Source of the DNA: Candidatus Nomurabacteria bacterium
GTDB lineage: Bacteria > Patescibacteriota > WWE3 > UBA101185 > UBA10185
Direction: 5' to 3'
Length of the DNA stretch: 64,000 bases
NCBI GenBank assembly: GCA_020631855.1
Contig: JACKGU010000001.1
Span: forward strand, 447,597 to 511,596
The notes under the pieces are model-generated. The model ran no database searches. It was not told the DNA's origin and was given only the letters and a program-made list of their open reading frames with translations. The translations under genes were made by a program, and so were the position numbers. Numbering within the stretch: the first letter of the stretch is position 1; each line of letters begins with the position of its first letter. Shown in pieces: positions 8,821-19,985 of this stretch.

Positions 8821-10618
8821 TCTAAAACAAAACCTACTAGCCACTTTACTCGTAATATTCCCGATCATGCTGTACGAGCTAAACAACAACCTTTTACAAG
8901 GACTGCTTGTAATAGGGGTGTCTGTATATTTAGGATGTTTCTACTACATTCTAAGAAAGCAGTTTATATTCTCCGACAGAGCATTAAAAATTATTGTATT
9001 AGCTGCATGCGCATCTGCAATTTTTCTTTCCATAACACATCCTAGGAAAAACTCTTACGATGGACACAACGCATATGAAAAAATGGTGGTAAATTTGGTG
9101 AACACAAACTTCAATATAGAATATTTAGGAATCCCGCAGTACCCCTTCTTAGGCGAATTATCACTAGCCGTACTATACAAAGCTCTCGGCCGCGAATACT
9201 ATTTAATATTTTTCGCATTAACAGGTATAGGGTTTGTTTTTTCTGCGCATCTTCTTTTCCGCGAACTGGCAATAAAAAAAGAGATTGCTCGCTTTGCAGT
9301 TTTTTTGCTTGTGTGCAATTCGGTTTTTGCGGCCATGCTACTGCACGAATACAAAATTGATCATTTTCTCGGCATGCTGTCCAACATATTTTTTATATTG
9401 TTTATCAAAGTACTCAAAACAGGTTCTTTAAAATACTATCTCTTGGCTGGAGTTATAGGAGGGGCCGCTCTTTTGACTAAAGTTACTTTTGGCCCGATTC
9501 TAGCCCTATGCTTAGCCTTCGGCACAATATACAAAATAAAGCTGCAGGCAAAAGAGCGGCCTATACTGATAAAAAAAGCTGTCTTGGAACTTGCCAAATT
9601 TTCATTGACAGCAATAGTGGTAGTTTTTTTAGTACTACTATGGACATATAAATTTGGGCTATATGTAGGTCCTAATATATACTTTTACCCACAAACGCAA
9701 AAAATCAAACCTCTGGCCTTAAGTACAAACAAAGAAGTTGCAGCAGCATGTAATAAAGAAATATTAGCAAAAGATCAGGGGCTATTTTTACCTAAATACA
9801 AGTTTCCTCTAATGCAACCAATTAAGGTCATTTTCTGGAGTTCGTTGGGAGAAGGTAGAGCCAGCAACGCTATTAGCATTGCTCGCCTTGAAACAACTAT
9901 GTACTTAGGAGTATTTTCTCTGTCTTTATGGCCACTTTATATGTTTGTCAAAAAAAAGCCTTTGGGCATTGCCGAGCTACTGATTATAATAAGCAGTGTT
10001 TATGTGTGGCTTTTTTTCTTAGAAGTACAAACACTAATTTGGTATCTAATTCCTGTTTTTTCTATAATTGCCCTGATCGCCTCCTCTACAACCACAGCGT
10101 TAATAAAAGACGGGATAATAAAAACATACCTAGTTTTTCTTATTCTTGGAACCACAACAGTATCTGTTATATTTTTACTGAGCATATCATTTAACGGATT
10201 AAAGGTCTCTGGAACAGGGGAAAAAACAAAGCAAGATCCATACATCACGTCAGGATATGATCTCGTTGTAAACACTTCTTCTACTATAGATTCTGTAATA
10301 GGCAACAATCCAGGATCTTATATTCTCGATGCCGCCTTACATCCATATTTTGTCTTTACAACCTACACTTCAAACTACTACGCAACTATAACGAGAAACA
10401 ATCTATACTTTCTCGAAAATACAGACACGGATCTAATGCGCGACGAGCTCATTTCAAAAAATGTCAGGTACATACTTGTTTCCAGAGCAAATCTTCTAAA
10501 CACATGGTATGACGGATGTGCGGAAGAAAACAACAGGACTTTGGACAAATTTCTAAATAAATATACGGTGCCCATCTTTCCATTAACAAGGACTCCGGTG
10601 CTGTTCAAAATTTTATAA
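8807..10618 (+). CDS. large polytopic membrane protein, probable GT-C glycosyltransferase partner of the GT2 enzyme
   Basis: 603 aa with ~12 or more TM helices. It overlaps the upstream gene by 14 nt (operon). The architecture resembles GtrC/PMT-type GT-C enzymes. No firm catalytic motif identified. Confidence 0.45.
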   Translation: MSKNNLKQNLLATLLVIFPIMLYELNNNLLQGLLVIGVSVYLGCFYYILRKQFIFSDRALKIIVLAACASAIFLSITHPRKNSYDGHNAYEKMVVNLVNTNFNIEYLGIPQYPFLGELSLAVLYKALGREYYLIFFALTGIGFVFSAHLLFRELAIKKEIARFAVFLLVCNSVFAAMLLHEYKIDHFLGMLSNIFFILFIKVLKTGSLKYYLLAGVIGGAALLTKVTFGPILALCLAFGTIYKIKLQAKERPILIKKAVLELAKFSLTAIVVVFLVLLWTYKFGLYVGPNIYFYPQTQKIKPLALSTNKEVAAACNKEILAKDQGLFLPKYKFPLMQPIKVIFWSSLGEGRASNAISIARLETTMYLGVFSLSLWPLYMFVKKKPLGIAELLIIISSVYVWLFFLEVQTLIWYLIPVFSIIALIASSTTTALIKDGIIKTYLVFLILGTTTVSVIFLLSISFNGLKVSGTGEKTKQDPYITSGYDLVVNTSSTIDSVIGNNPGSYILDAALHPYFVFTTYTSNYYATITRNNLYFLENTDTDLMRDELISKNVRYILVSRANLLNTWYDGCAEENNRTLDKFLNKYTVPIFPLTRTPVLFKIL

Positions 10619-10733
10619 TTTCGTTACTTAAAACTACTTGCGTAAATCAGCAGATGTATTTTACCTAACATTTCTGGGCTTTGCAGAGCAAAGAAATTAC
10701 AGCAAACCACCTGCGTAAGCTGGTGGCGGTTAA
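10612..10733 (-). repeat. intergenic repeat family copy 3
   Basis: Reverse complement aligns with the copy-2 consensus (…CCACCAGCTTACGCAGGTGG…CTGTAATTTCTTTGCTCTGCAAAGC…GTAACGAAATTATAA). Overlaps the stop codon of the 8807-10618 gene. Confidence 0.8.
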
Positions 10734-10750
10734 TAAGACGGTAAAATTTC

Positions 10751-11119
10751 CTAAACCCGAGGATTTTGAGAGAGAGTGTCGTCTTTAGTTATATCTTTAT
10801 AATTCTTTTTACGCCAATCTCGAATTTTAAGTGTTCCTCCCGAACTTTCAACTAATTCCCCAATGAAATACCCCAGTAAAAGATACACGATCATGGCAAA
10901 GAAAGCGGAAATATCAACAACCGAAGTCCTCCCTAACATTGGAGACGGAAATATGCCATTAAACGGGGCAAGCATGCCAGAGGTAAACTCGTACAGCCAT
11001 TTAACAAACGGTGCCGCAGTGCTTGCTCCTAAAAATTTTAGAATTATTCTAAAACCTAACAAAAATCCGACTACCATAGTTCCAATATCAATTATTTTTG
11101 CGATCTTTTTAGTGTTCAT
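10751..11119 (-). CDS. small membrane protein, possibly YggT/Ycf19 family
   Basis: 122 aa with two TM helices. The segment ...FPSPMLGRTSVVDISAFFAMIVYLLL resembles the YggT P-x-R...D-(L/I)-S-P motif. Weak call. Confidence 0.35.
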   Translation of the reverse strand: MNTKKIAKIIDIGTMVVGFLLGFRIILKFLGASTAAPFVKWLYEFTSGMLAPFNGIFPSPMLGRTSVVDISAFFAMIVYLLLGYFIGELVESSGGTLKIRDWRKKNYKDITKDDTLSQNPRV

Positions 11120-11147
11120 ACATTAATATTCGCACATCTTTAGGTGC

Positions 11148-12614
11148 ATGAAAAGCATTGGTGTTATAATTTTTATAATGCCCGAAATCAAAGCCCCAAC
11201 AAACTTAATTTTATTCGGATTTACCGGAGATTTGGTTCAAAAAAAAGTCATACCGTCTCTTTTTCATCTTTATAAGGAGGGCAGACTGCCCGAACTATTC
11301 AATGTAGTTGGCTTTTCACGACGAACGCTAACTGTTGATGAGGTACAAGAAATTATATTTACATCACTGGAGAATCATCCCGATTTAGGGAAAAACGCAC
11401 GCCCACAAGACATGATTGCCTTTGCCAAGAAATTTCAATATATCAGCGGGGACTTTGTCGACCAAAGCAGTTACACAGCAATGGGAAATATACTAGGTCG
11501 CGTAGACGAGAGCTGGAGCACCTGCTCCAATAAACTTTTTCATCTGGCCGTGCCTCCAAAATACTATAAGGAGATATTTTTACAACTAAAAAAGTCAAAT
11601 CTAACTAAGCCCTGCGGGGCAGATGAGGGGTGGACCAGAGTAATTGTTGAAAAACCATTCGGAAGAGATCTTAAAACAGCCAAGGAGCTTGACATGCTTT
11701 TGGGGAAACTTTTCAAAGAGGAACAGATTTATAGAATTGACCACTATCTAGGCAAGGAGATGATGGAAAATATTTTGATGTTTAGATTTGCAAACAACCT
11801 GCTCGAGCCGGTTTGGAACTCTAAACACATTGAAAAAATTGAAGTCGAGGTATTGGAAAAAACGGACATAGGTTCGAGAGGAGTTTTTTATGATGAAGTC
11901 GGTGCACTGAGAGACATAGGCCAAAACCACCTTCTGCAGATGCTAGCCCTAGTTTTAATGGAAAACCCTTATAAAAATGGGCCAAGAGAAAGCCTAAGAA
12001 CTAAGCGTGCAAAACTACTTAAGGAATTGAGCAAAACAAAAGTAAATCCAAATAAAAATTCTTATCGCGGGCAATACACGGGCTACACTAAAACTGAAGG
12101 GGTCGATAAACAATCTTTTACTGAGACTTACTTCCTTTTAAAAACACAGGTTTCAAATCAAACCTGGCAGGAAATGCCCATATACATCGAGTGCGGAAAG
12201 AGCATGGAACAAACAAATAAAAAAATAAAAGTAACTTTTAAACCTTTGAACTCTTTTGGCCACCATAACAGACTCACTATTGATCTTGACGGAGACGATG
12301 CGGGCATTTACATTGACTTGTGGGCAAAGAAGCCGGGCCTTGGCCTCGTGCCTGAAAAGAGAACTCTCAGCTTTTCACTGTGTGACAATCGTGATGAGTG
12401 CACAAACAATTCCGAAGAATACGAATCGTTGATCTACGATTGTCTGGAAGGGAATCAGATGAGGTTTTTAACAACCGACGAACTGCAGTATATGTGGAAA
12501 GTTGTTGATCCTGTTTTGAAATCTTGGCAAAAACAAAAACATAACGGTTTAAAACTTTACAAGAAAGGAACTGAGCAGATAAGGCAAGATGCACGAGCTC
12601 GTGTAGGAATCTAA
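11148..12614 (+). CDS. zwf: glucose-6-phosphate 1-dehydrogenase
   Basis: NAD(P) motif LFGFTGDLVQKKVIPSLF, G6PD signature RIDHYLGKE, NNLLEPVWN block. Confidence 0.9.
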   Translation: MKSIGVIIFIMPEIKAPTNLILFGFTGDLVQKKVIPSLFHLYKEGRLPELFNVVGFSRRTLTVDEVQEIIFTSLENHPDLGKNARPQDMIAFAKKFQYISGDFVDQSSYTAMGNILGRVDESWSTCSNKLFHLAVPPKYYKEIFLQLKKSNLTKPCGADEGWTRVIVEKPFGRDLKTAKELDMLLGKLFKEEQIYRIDHYLGKEMMENILMFRFANNLLEPVWNSKHIEKIEVEVLEKTDIGSRGVFYDEVGALRDIGQNHLLQMLALVLMENPYKNGPRESLRTKRAKLLKELSKTKVNPNKNSYRGQYTGYTKTEGVDKQSFTETYFLLKTQVSNQTWQEMPIYIECGKSMEQTNKKIKVTFKPLNSFGHHNRLTIDLDGDDAGIYIDLWAKKPGLGLVPEKRTLSFSLCDNRDECTNNSEEYESLIYDCLEGNQMRFLTTDELQYMWKVVDPVLKSWQKQKHNGLKLYKKGTEQIRQDARARVGI

Positions 12615-13873
12615 TGGAGTTTATATACAAAAGATATGCTGCTATTGACGAAACAGTATTGCTGGAACAATCGACCCTAACTAACGAATACACAGAGTAC
12701 CTAAGACACGTCGCAGAAAAAAATAGCTATGAATACCCTGAAAGCTCTATTAACTTGCCTTTCGACGAAGATATATTCAACTTAATGATCCCTCTAAAAG
12801 AGAAAATGCTCTCTAAACCTGTTAAAAGAATAGTTTTGGTGGGCATAGGGGGAGACAATCTTGGCACAAAAGCTGTTTACGAAGCTTTAAAAACAGAAAA
12901 AACAACCGAGATTTTATTCTTAGATACACTGGACGAACCACAGCTGGAAAAAATATTGAAAATCCTTGAAGACGATGGATCTGACGACACCCTAATTATT
13001 ATTGCAAGCAAGTCAGGCAAGACAATTGAAACCTTGTATAACTCTTCTATGCTTCTCCAGGTAAATAAAGCTTATATACATAGAACAATATTCATCACTT
13101 CAGAAAACAGTCCTTTATGGAACTTTGCGCAAAAAAATAACTGCCCCGCGCTCCCAATACCACTAACGGTCGGGGGCAGATATTCTGTATTTTCAGCCGT
13201 AGGGCTGTTTCCTCTTTTTTGCGCGGGAATTGATACGGTTAAACTTCTTGAAGGTGCAATGGAGGCCCGCAACAACTGCTTGGATAAAAACATATTAAAC
13301 AATCCCGCTCGAATCTCAGCACAACTTATTTTCGGCAACCTCGAAAAAGATAAAAATATTCTCGACATGTTAGTTTTTGCACCCAAACTAGAGGCTCTTG
13401 CAAAATGGTATCGTCAGCTTGTCGCTGAAAGTCTAGGCAAAGACGGAAAAAATATTACCCCAACTATTTCTGTAGGCACTACTGACCTGCACTCTGTATG
13501 GCAATCATATATAGGCGGGCACAGGAACAAACAGCTCTGTTTAGTAACCCTGAAGCACGCTAACAAAACCTATAAAATAAAAGGTGCCGTAGAGTTACCG
13601 TCAGAGGTAAAGTTAAAAAATATAAATCTAATACAGCTTAGAAACAGCATCCAAGCAGGTGTAAAGGAAACACTTCTGGAAAATAGAATTCCCTTTACGG
13701 AAATAGCCTTAGGTTTAATTGAAGAAAAAGAAATAGGTAATTTCATGCAGTTTAAAATGATGGAGGTCATGCAGCTTGGCAAACTTCTTAAAATAAATGC
13801 CTTTGATCAGCCCGATGTAGAGGGTTACAAAAGAAAAAGTTTAGAGAACCTTAAAATATATGCAGATCATTGA
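12614..13873 (+). CDS. pgi: glucose-6-phosphate isomerase (short form)
   Basis: VLVGIGGDNLG, IIASKSGKTIET, GGRYSVFSAVGL match PGI signature blocks. Its start overlaps the zwf stop (TAATG). Confidence 0.8.
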   Translation: MEFIYKRYAAIDETVLLEQSTLTNEYTEYLRHVAEKNSYEYPESSINLPFDEDIFNLMIPLKEKMLSKPVKRIVLVGIGGDNLGTKAVYEALKTEKTTEILFLDTLDEPQLEKILKILEDDGSDDTLIIIASKSGKTIETLYNSSMLLQVNKAYIHRTIFITSENSPLWNFAQKNNCPALPIPLTVGGRYSVFSAVGLFPLFCAGIDTVKLLEGAMEARNNCLDKNILNNPARISAQLIFGNLEKDKNILDMLVFAPKLEALAKWYRQLVAESLGKDGKNITPTISVGTTDLHSVWQSYIGGHRNKQLCLVTLKHANKTYKIKGAVELPSEVKLKNINLIQLRNSIQAGVKETLLENRIPFTEIALGLIEEKEIGNFMQFKMMEVMQLGKLLKINAFDQPDVEGYKRKSLENLKIYADH

Positions 13874-14474
13874 TATATCAATAGAAATCTTCGAAAATAT
13901 GCCAACATACCCCGGCAACCCCAATGTCAGTTTTACACCAGTCATCAAAAGAAACTCACAAATAACCACGATATCTTTTGGCACACACACCGGAACCCAC
14001 ATCGATGCCCCGCTACACACTATTCCTTCAGGCTCTCCTATCGACGCTATAGACCTCGAGGCTTTTGTAGGGCCGTGCACTGTAGTAGACTTTTCACAAA
14101 AAAATATTCTGTCTATCTCTGGGCCAATGCTAGAAAAAATAAGTTTAACTAAAAACAATAAAGTGCTTTTTAAAACAGACAACTCTTATAGTGAAGGGGA
14201 GGTTTTTACAAAAGACTATGTATATATAGAACCTTCAGCCGCCGAATATCTAGCCCAGCAAAAAGTATCACTAGTAGGAATTGATGCTTTATCTATAAAA
14301 AAGTCGGGCGACACAGATAACACACCACACACAGCGCTCTTATCAAAAAATATACCCATTCTTGAAGGCATTAATCTGAAAGCGGTCTCTGAAGGGGAGT
14401 ATTTTCTAGTATGCGCACCGCTAAAGTTAAAAGGCCTGGACGGAGCTCCGGCAAGGGCGTTTTTGATAAAATAA
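13860..14474 (+). CDS. cyclase family protein (kynurenine formamidase / arylformamidase-like)
   Basis: HTGTHIDAPLH matches the HxGTHxDxPxH metal-binding signature of the cyclase (KynB-like) family. 204 aa. Confidence 0.7.
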   Translation: MQIIDISIEIFENMPTYPGNPNVSFTPVIKRNSQITTISFGTHTGTHIDAPLHTIPSGSPIDAIDLEAFVGPCTVVDFSQKNILSISGPMLEKISLTKNNKVLFKTDNSYSEGEVFTKDYVYIEPSAAEYLAQQKVSLVGIDALSIKKSGDTDNTPHTALLSKNIPILEGINLKAVSEGEYFLVCAPLKLKGLDGAPARAFLIK

Positions 14475-14481
14475 CTCTACA

Positions 14482-16143
14482 ATGATGTTATATAAAATGG
14501 CCTCCAAAATAAAATCACCAGGAAAACCAAAAACTCAAAATAACGAAATCGGGCCGAATCTGAAGAAGAACTTATTTTTAGTATTGGTATGGATACTAAT
14601 CTTGGGAACAGCCGCTTATTTAAGATTCTATAATATAAATTTTGGATTGCCGCAAAGCTTTCATGCAGACGAACCTGAACTTGTTGAGCCGGCAATAAAA
14701 TACACTTATGAAATACGTAAAATAATATCAAACAGGTCGTATGAGCAGCTTATACCTATTTCTTTTGTTTATGGCCAAGTCCCCACATATATACTGACAC
14801 CCATAATAATGACTTCAAGCAAATTAATGAACACGCTTGGTTACGCTTTCTCAAAGGAAACATTGTATGTAATAGCGAGAGCACTTTCTGCACTGCTTTC
14901 GCTAGTAATAATCCCTCTAACTCTTGCGTTATTTAATCTTGTAAACAAAAGGGAAAGTGCAAACAAAATAAAGGCGGCTTTGGTTGTTGTTTTAGCAACA
15001 GCGTATAACTGGAAATTAATTGTAATTGGACATTATGCAAATGCCGATATCTATCTGACTTTTTTCACCTTGCTCTCATCAATCTTTTTCTTGCAATACA
15101 TACAGAGCAGTACAAAGAAATTTCTTGTCTTATCGGCTGTTTTTTTCGGGCTTTCTGTAGGGACAAAAGTTACCGCACTCATAGTTCTGCCAATATACTT
15201 TTTCTTGCTATTTAAAAATAAAAGAATCTTTGCGATTGCGATATTCACACTATTAACTTTTGGGGCTTTTATTTTTTCAAATCCGTTTTCATGGGCTTTA
15301 GCACAGGATTTTGCATTTAGAGTTCTAACCCTAGCAACAAAAGAGAATGGCCTTGTTTTCGACTCGGCAAATTTATCATATACAAAATACCTAGTTGCGC
15401 TAGCTCAACAAGCATCTCCTATCGTGCTAGCTGCAGCAGTACTTGCTACGGCGCAAACTTCACTAAAACTTTTTCGAAAAAAAGAAAATGATACCGACAG
15501 AGCAACAAAAGACGCGCATATTTATTTGATTTTGTACGCTATGTTTTATATTGTATTTTATTCAATAAGCAACAGGCTTGTCGATCGATGGCTGTTACCG
15601 GTACTTCCAATAGTTTTTGTATATGCCGGCGTGTTTATTGAAAAACTAAACGGGAAGTTGGGGAATATCATATTCGCGTTATTTGTTTTATTGCTAATCT
15701 ACTCATATGGAGAAAAAGCTTTTCTATTAACAAAACAGTATCAAAGACAAACTCCTAAGTCCGAGGCTTACATTTGGGCGCAGTCCAACATAAGCGGCCC
15801 ACCAACAAAACTCGTGGTGACAGAAGAAGGTCTGGATCCAATGAATAAACTGCCCTCAACAACAGTTTTAACCTTCAACGTATATGAAAGCGAAAATGCC
15901 TACCTAGAATTTCCTCCTAACCCAAGCCTATATAATTATGTAATACTTAGTTCACGACCAATGTCTTACTTTAAAAACCCTATTATAAGCGAGAAATACC
16001 CTACATATGTGGCTGCTTGGTACAGTTTCGAGTCCACAATACAGAATAAAGAAAACTTTGAGTTGATTAGGTCTTTCTCCTTGCCCAAACCGGACTTAAT
16101 TAACGTCTCGGACGTTCATGTATACAAAAATCTAAACAAGTAG
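14482..16143 (+). CDS. polytopic membrane protein, GT-C glycosyltransferase-like (third paralogous-type membrane GT in the locus)
   Basis: 553 aa with more than 10 TM helices. Acidic DE pair in the first loop (SFHADEPELVE). Confidence 0.45.
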   Translation: MMLYKMASKIKSPGKPKTQNNEIGPNLKKNLFLVLVWILILGTAAYLRFYNINFGLPQSFHADEPELVEPAIKYTYEIRKIISNRSYEQLIPISFVYGQVPTYILTPIIMTSSKLMNTLGYAFSKETLYVIARALSALLSLVIIPLTLALFNLVNKRESANKIKAALVVVLATAYNWKLIVIGHYANADIYLTFFTLLSSIFFLQYIQSSTKKFLVLSAVFFGLSVGTKVTALIVLPIYFFLLFKNKRIFAIAIFTLLTFGAFIFSNPFSWALAQDFAFRVLTLATKENGLVFDSANLSYTKYLVALAQQASPIVLAAAVLATAQTSLKLFRKKENDTDRATKDAHIYLILYAMFYIVFYSISNRLVDRWLLPVLPIVFVYAGVFIEKLNGKLGNIIFALFVLLLIYSYGEKAFLLTKQYQRQTPKSEAYIWAQSNISGPPTKLVVTEEGLDPMNKLPSTTVLTFNVYESENAYLEFPPNPSLYNYVILSSRPMSYFKNPIISEKYPTYVAAWYSFESTIQNKENFELIRSFSLPKPDLINVSDVHVYKNLNK

Positions 16144-16160
16144 TTTGAGTTCCTTATATT

Positions 16161-17375
16161 CTATAGGTAATCTTTGAGACTCTTGCTTCTAGAAGGGTGT
16201 CGAAGCTTTCTAAGGGCTTTTGCTTCAATCTGCCTAATACGTTCGCGTGTGACACCAAACTCCTTGCCTACCTCTTCAAGTGTTCTGTTTCGACCGTCTC
16301 TTAAACCAAAGCGGAGCTCCAAAACTTTCTTTTCTCTAGGATTAAGTGTCTCAAGTACCTCGTCTATGTGGTCTTTTAACAAAACGTGGCTGGCAGAATC
16401 AAAAGGAGAAGCAATCGAAGTGTCTTCAATAAAATCTTTAAGAGAGCTGTCTTCTTCTCTCCCAACCGCTTTTTCCAGAGAGGCCGTATCTTGCATTATT
16501 TTCACAATCTCTCGGGCCTTTTCAACATCAATTTCCATCTCCTTTGCAACCTCCTCGGGTTTTGCGGGACGTTCAAGTTTCTGCTCTAAATCTCTGCTCA
16601 CCTTTCGGTACTTATTTATAGTTTCAATCATGTGAACCGGGATTCTAATTACACGAGCCTGATCGGCAATAGCCCTTGTTATTGCTTGGCGAACCCACCA
16701 TGTTGCATAGGTGGAAAATTTGTAACCTCTACGCCAATCAAACTTTTCAACCGCTTTCATAAGACCAATATTTCCCTCTTGAATCAAATCCAAAAAGGTA
16801 AGGCCTCTTCCCATGTAGCGTTTAGCTATAGAGACAACGAGCCTTAGGTTTGCGTTTATTAACCTTTGCTCTGCGCGATCGCACTCTTTTTTAGTTACTT
16901 TCTTTGAATAATTTTTAATTTCAGTTAAAACTTTAATGTTAATCTCGAAATGTTCGGCCGCCTGTTTGTCGGTAGGAGGCTTCTTATTTTCTTTTTTATA
17001 AGCACTTATGTATTTCTCATACTTTAATACTTCTACTTTACGCGCCAACTCAACCTCCTCAGCAGGAGTTAAAAGATCAACTTTTCCTATTTCTTTTAAA
17101 TACATTCGGACCGGGTCTACTGAAACTACTTTATCTAGTTTAATCTTTGATATGTCTAATTTTTCTAAGGTTAGTCTTTCGGCCTCTTTCACAGAATCAA
17201 CATCGTACACATCTACTGAGGCTTCGAGCAGCTTATCGTACAGAGTATCTAACAGTTCAATGTTTTCCTCTGCGTCAGGAAAGAATTCCAATATTTCGGA
17301 TTGGGTTATGTAACCTCTCTTTTTTCCCCTTGTTATTAACTTTTTAATGTTTTTTTCTAAATCTGTCGGTATCAT
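16161..17375 (-). CDS. rpoD: RNA polymerase sigma-70 factor
   Basis: Region 2 [36 protein letters not shown], region 4 [27 protein letters not shown]. Confidence 0.95.
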   Translation of the reverse strand: MIPTDLEKNIKKLITRGKKRGYITQSEILEFFPDAEENIELLDTLYDKLLEASVDVYDVDSVKEAERLTLEKLDISKIKLDKVVSVDPVRMYLKEIGKVDLLTPAEEVELARKVEVLKYEKYISAYKKENKKPPTDKQAAEHFEINIKVLTEIKNYSKKVTKKECDRAEQRLINANLRLVVSIAKRYMGRGLTFLDLIQEGNIGLMKAVEKFDWRRGYKFSTYATWWVRQAITRAIADQARVIRIPVHMIETINKYRKVSRDLEQKLERPAKPEEVAKEMEIDVEKAREIVKIMQDTASLEKAVGREEDSSLKDFIEDTSIASPFDSASHVLLKDHIDEVLETLNPREKKVLELRFGLRDGRNRTLEEVGKEFGVTRERIRQIEAKALRKLRHPSRSKSLKDYL

Positions 17376-19144
17376 AATTCTTTTATTTTTTTTGATAGTT
17401 TTGTAAATTCTTGGGATAAACTTTTTACTTTTTGTGAGTCATTACCTAGTTCCGCAACTTTAATTTGATCAGATAAGGTTTTGAGCTCTCTTCTTAGGGC
17501 CTCCTTTCTTAACCTAGACACTAAATCGGCGAGCTCGTTTTTTAGTACTTTATCATTGTCAAGCAAATCGGCTTTATAGTCAAATAAAAACAGGTCCATA
17601 ACTCTTTTTCTCAAGATTTCATCCTGTATGGTTTCGGTGAACTGTTTAATACTAAAAATATCCTTTGCTGATAACAAATAATCTTTTAAAGAACTGAAGA
17701 GATCCCTATTTTCAAGAGTAAATACGGATGCGTCAAGTTTATACACGGTATCGTTGGCCAAGTCAATAGGCGCCTTCATTAGCAACGAGAACAAATAATC
17801 CTCTATCAATACTTTTGTTCCTGAATCGAGGCCGGTAGAGACGACTGCCGATTTGAGCTTTTCGTCTATATCCACCGACGATTCGGCAACTAAGTCCCTG
17901 ATTACGTCTTCGGAAACATCAAGCTGGGCAGATATTTTCTTTATATAGTGATCTTTTGTAACTCCGTTGGATATTAACGAAACTTTGGGAGCCAAATAAG
18001 CTAAAATCTTCTTTTTCCCTTCAGAGGAAGTGGCATCGTTGTCAGACATGGCATAAGAAATATAGAAATCATAGATATTTACAGCATCTCTTAGAACACG
18101 TTCTGCCTCAAGCGGATCGGCCCTTAACAACTCGTCTAGGTCTGCGTATTTAGAAGGTATAAGAGCAACTTTTATATCAAAACCGAACTTATCGGCCAGT
18201 AAAACCGCCCTGTCTGTAGCCGATCTTCCTGCCTTATCGGGATCGAAACAAAAAGTAATTTGATTAGTGTAATTACCTAATATCTTCAAATGCTCAGTTG
18301 TAAGGGCAGTTCCGGAAGAAGCAACAACATTTAAAAAGCCCGACTGGTGAGACGTTAACACATCCAACTGCCCTTCTACAAAAACAGCGCCTTCTTTTCT
18401 TATTGCTAACTTTGCTCTATCTAAGCCGTATATAAAAGAACTTTTATGAAAAACTAAAGTCTCAGAAGTATTTAAGTACTTTGGCTGTGAATCGTAAATG
18501 GTCCTGCCTGTAAATCCAACGGTCTTTTCGCTAACATCGCGCAAAGGGAAAACTACCCGCCCAACAAACTTGTCTATCAAGCCCTTTTTGCCTTCTACCG
18601 AGACACCCGACCTCAACAGCTGCTCTTTGGTATAACCTTTTTTTAACAAATATGAAGTTAGTAAATCCCAAGACTTGGTTTTGGGGGCAAACCCAACCTT
18701 AAAGTCCGAAATGGTGGTGCCAGTGAGCTTTCGCTTTTCTTTCAGATAAACTAAACCGGGTTTGCCCACAGCATGCGTTACTAACAAATGATTATAAAAA
18801 GAGGCAGTATCGGCATTTATCTTATATATGACCTTCCTTAACTCATGGTCCGGATCAAAATTCTTCTTTTCTATTACTATCCCTGCTAAATCAGCCAACC
18901 TTTCCAACGCCTGAGGAAACTCCACACCTTCTATTGCCTGAATAAATGAAAAAATGTCTCCGGCCTCACCACAGCCAAAACATTTAAAAATCTGGAGTTC
19001 CGATGAAACCATCAGCGAAGGAGTATTTTCTGAATGAAAAGGGCAGTTACCTTTATAATTACGGCCCGATTTCTTAAGATCAACATATTTGCCTATAACA
19101 TCGACGATATTAAGCGCTTGTTTAACTTGGGAAACTGAATCCAT
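17372..19144 (-). CDS. dnaG: DNA primase
   Basis: CHC2 zinc finger [13 protein letters not shown]...[17 protein letters not shown] region. 4-nt overlap with rpoD (classic dnaG-rpoD operon). Confidence 0.95.
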   Translation of the reverse strand: MDSVSQVKQALNIVDVIGKYVDLKKSGRNYKGNCPFHSENTPSLMVSSELQIFKCFGCGEAGDIFSFIQAIEGVEFPQALERLADLAGIVIEKKNFDPDHELRKVIYKINADTASFYNHLLVTHAVGKPGLVYLKEKRKLTGTTISDFKVGFAPKTKSWDLLTSYLLKKGYTKEQLLRSGVSVEGKKGLIDKFVGRVVFPLRDVSEKTVGFTGRTIYDSQPKYLNTSETLVFHKSSFIYGLDRAKLAIRKEGAVFVEGQLDVLTSHQSGFLNVVASSGTALTTEHLKILGNYTNQITFCFDPDKAGRSATDRAVLLADKFGFDIKVALIPSKYADLDELLRADPLEAERVLRDAVNIYDFYISYAMSDNDATSSEGKKKILAYLAPKVSLISNGVTKDHYIKKISAQLDVSEDVIRDLVAESSVDIDEKLKSAVVSTGLDSGTKVLIEDYLFSLLMKAPIDLANDTVYKLDASVFTLENRDLFSSLKDYLLSAKDIFSIKQFTETIQDEILRKRVMDLFLFDYKADLLDNDKVLKNELADLVSRLRKEALRRELKTLSDQIKVAELGNDSQKVKSLSQEFTKLSKKIKEL

Positions 19145-19829
19145 TGTATGATGTATATCATGGTATTAAAAAGGGTGCAACTTAAGCCCTATACAGAAAC
19201 CGGACCCACCTACTGCAGGGCCCTTCAACGTGTTTGGATTTTGTTGCGCGTACCAATTATTGCTGTTACAGCATCCCAAAATAATGAAGATTTCCTTTTG
19301 AAAGAACTACAAAACGAGCATTTTCTGTGTGGGCGTATTTTCTCGCTTGTTATTTTAAATCTAACGGGTTTTTATCTTCCTTTTCGGCTTCCAAAATTAC
19401 AAGAAGAAAACCTTTTTCATCAAGCAGTAAAAAATCAATAAAGTCGTTTTATGTGGATTCAAAATCTTCACTAAAAGTGTCGGTTTCTTTTTGGGTAAGT
19501 TTTACATTCGATTAAAGTGAAGTATTTGCCTGTCCTTTTTCATTATCAAAAAAGCTCCAGCCTGCTTGTTCAAGCAATATGTTTATTTTTATTCGTGCTT
19601 TTGCTTCTTTAGAATTTGCCATAGTTTAATATCCAAGTTAAGTATTTGTATTGTATTCGTTTTCCCCTTATAAATAAACGTTTTCGGAGCGTAGCGGAGA
19701 AAACACCTTATATTCCCCTCTATAATAAGTAAAAAACAAATTTATTCCCCTTTTTAAAAGCCTGTCAAAATTCCTTGTTAAAAGAAAAATATTTTTTGAA
19801 TTGCGTATAACGTTTGCGTATATCTGATG

Positions 19830-19985
19830 TCCTGCCGACACCTTATTTATTTTATCAAATTCGGCAGGATATGGGTCGAGGCTCCGCAAGAGCCGAGCCA
19901 GATATACCGCGTTAAACGACCCGACCCAGCTGTTCGCGAACAGCTGGAGAGAGTGCAACGTGGTGAGGAGCGTTAGCGACGAAAC
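19830..19985. other. GC-rich structured intergenic element (candidate ncRNA or operator) upstream of dnaG operon / 20053 gene
   Basis: Perfect 9-bp inverted repeat TCCTGCCGA...TCGGCAGGA, hairpin GGCTC-CGCAA-GAGCC, GGGTCG...CGACCC, and a perfect 22-nt palindrome CCAGCTGTTCGCGAACAGCTGG. Local GC is far above the window background. Confidence 0.25.
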
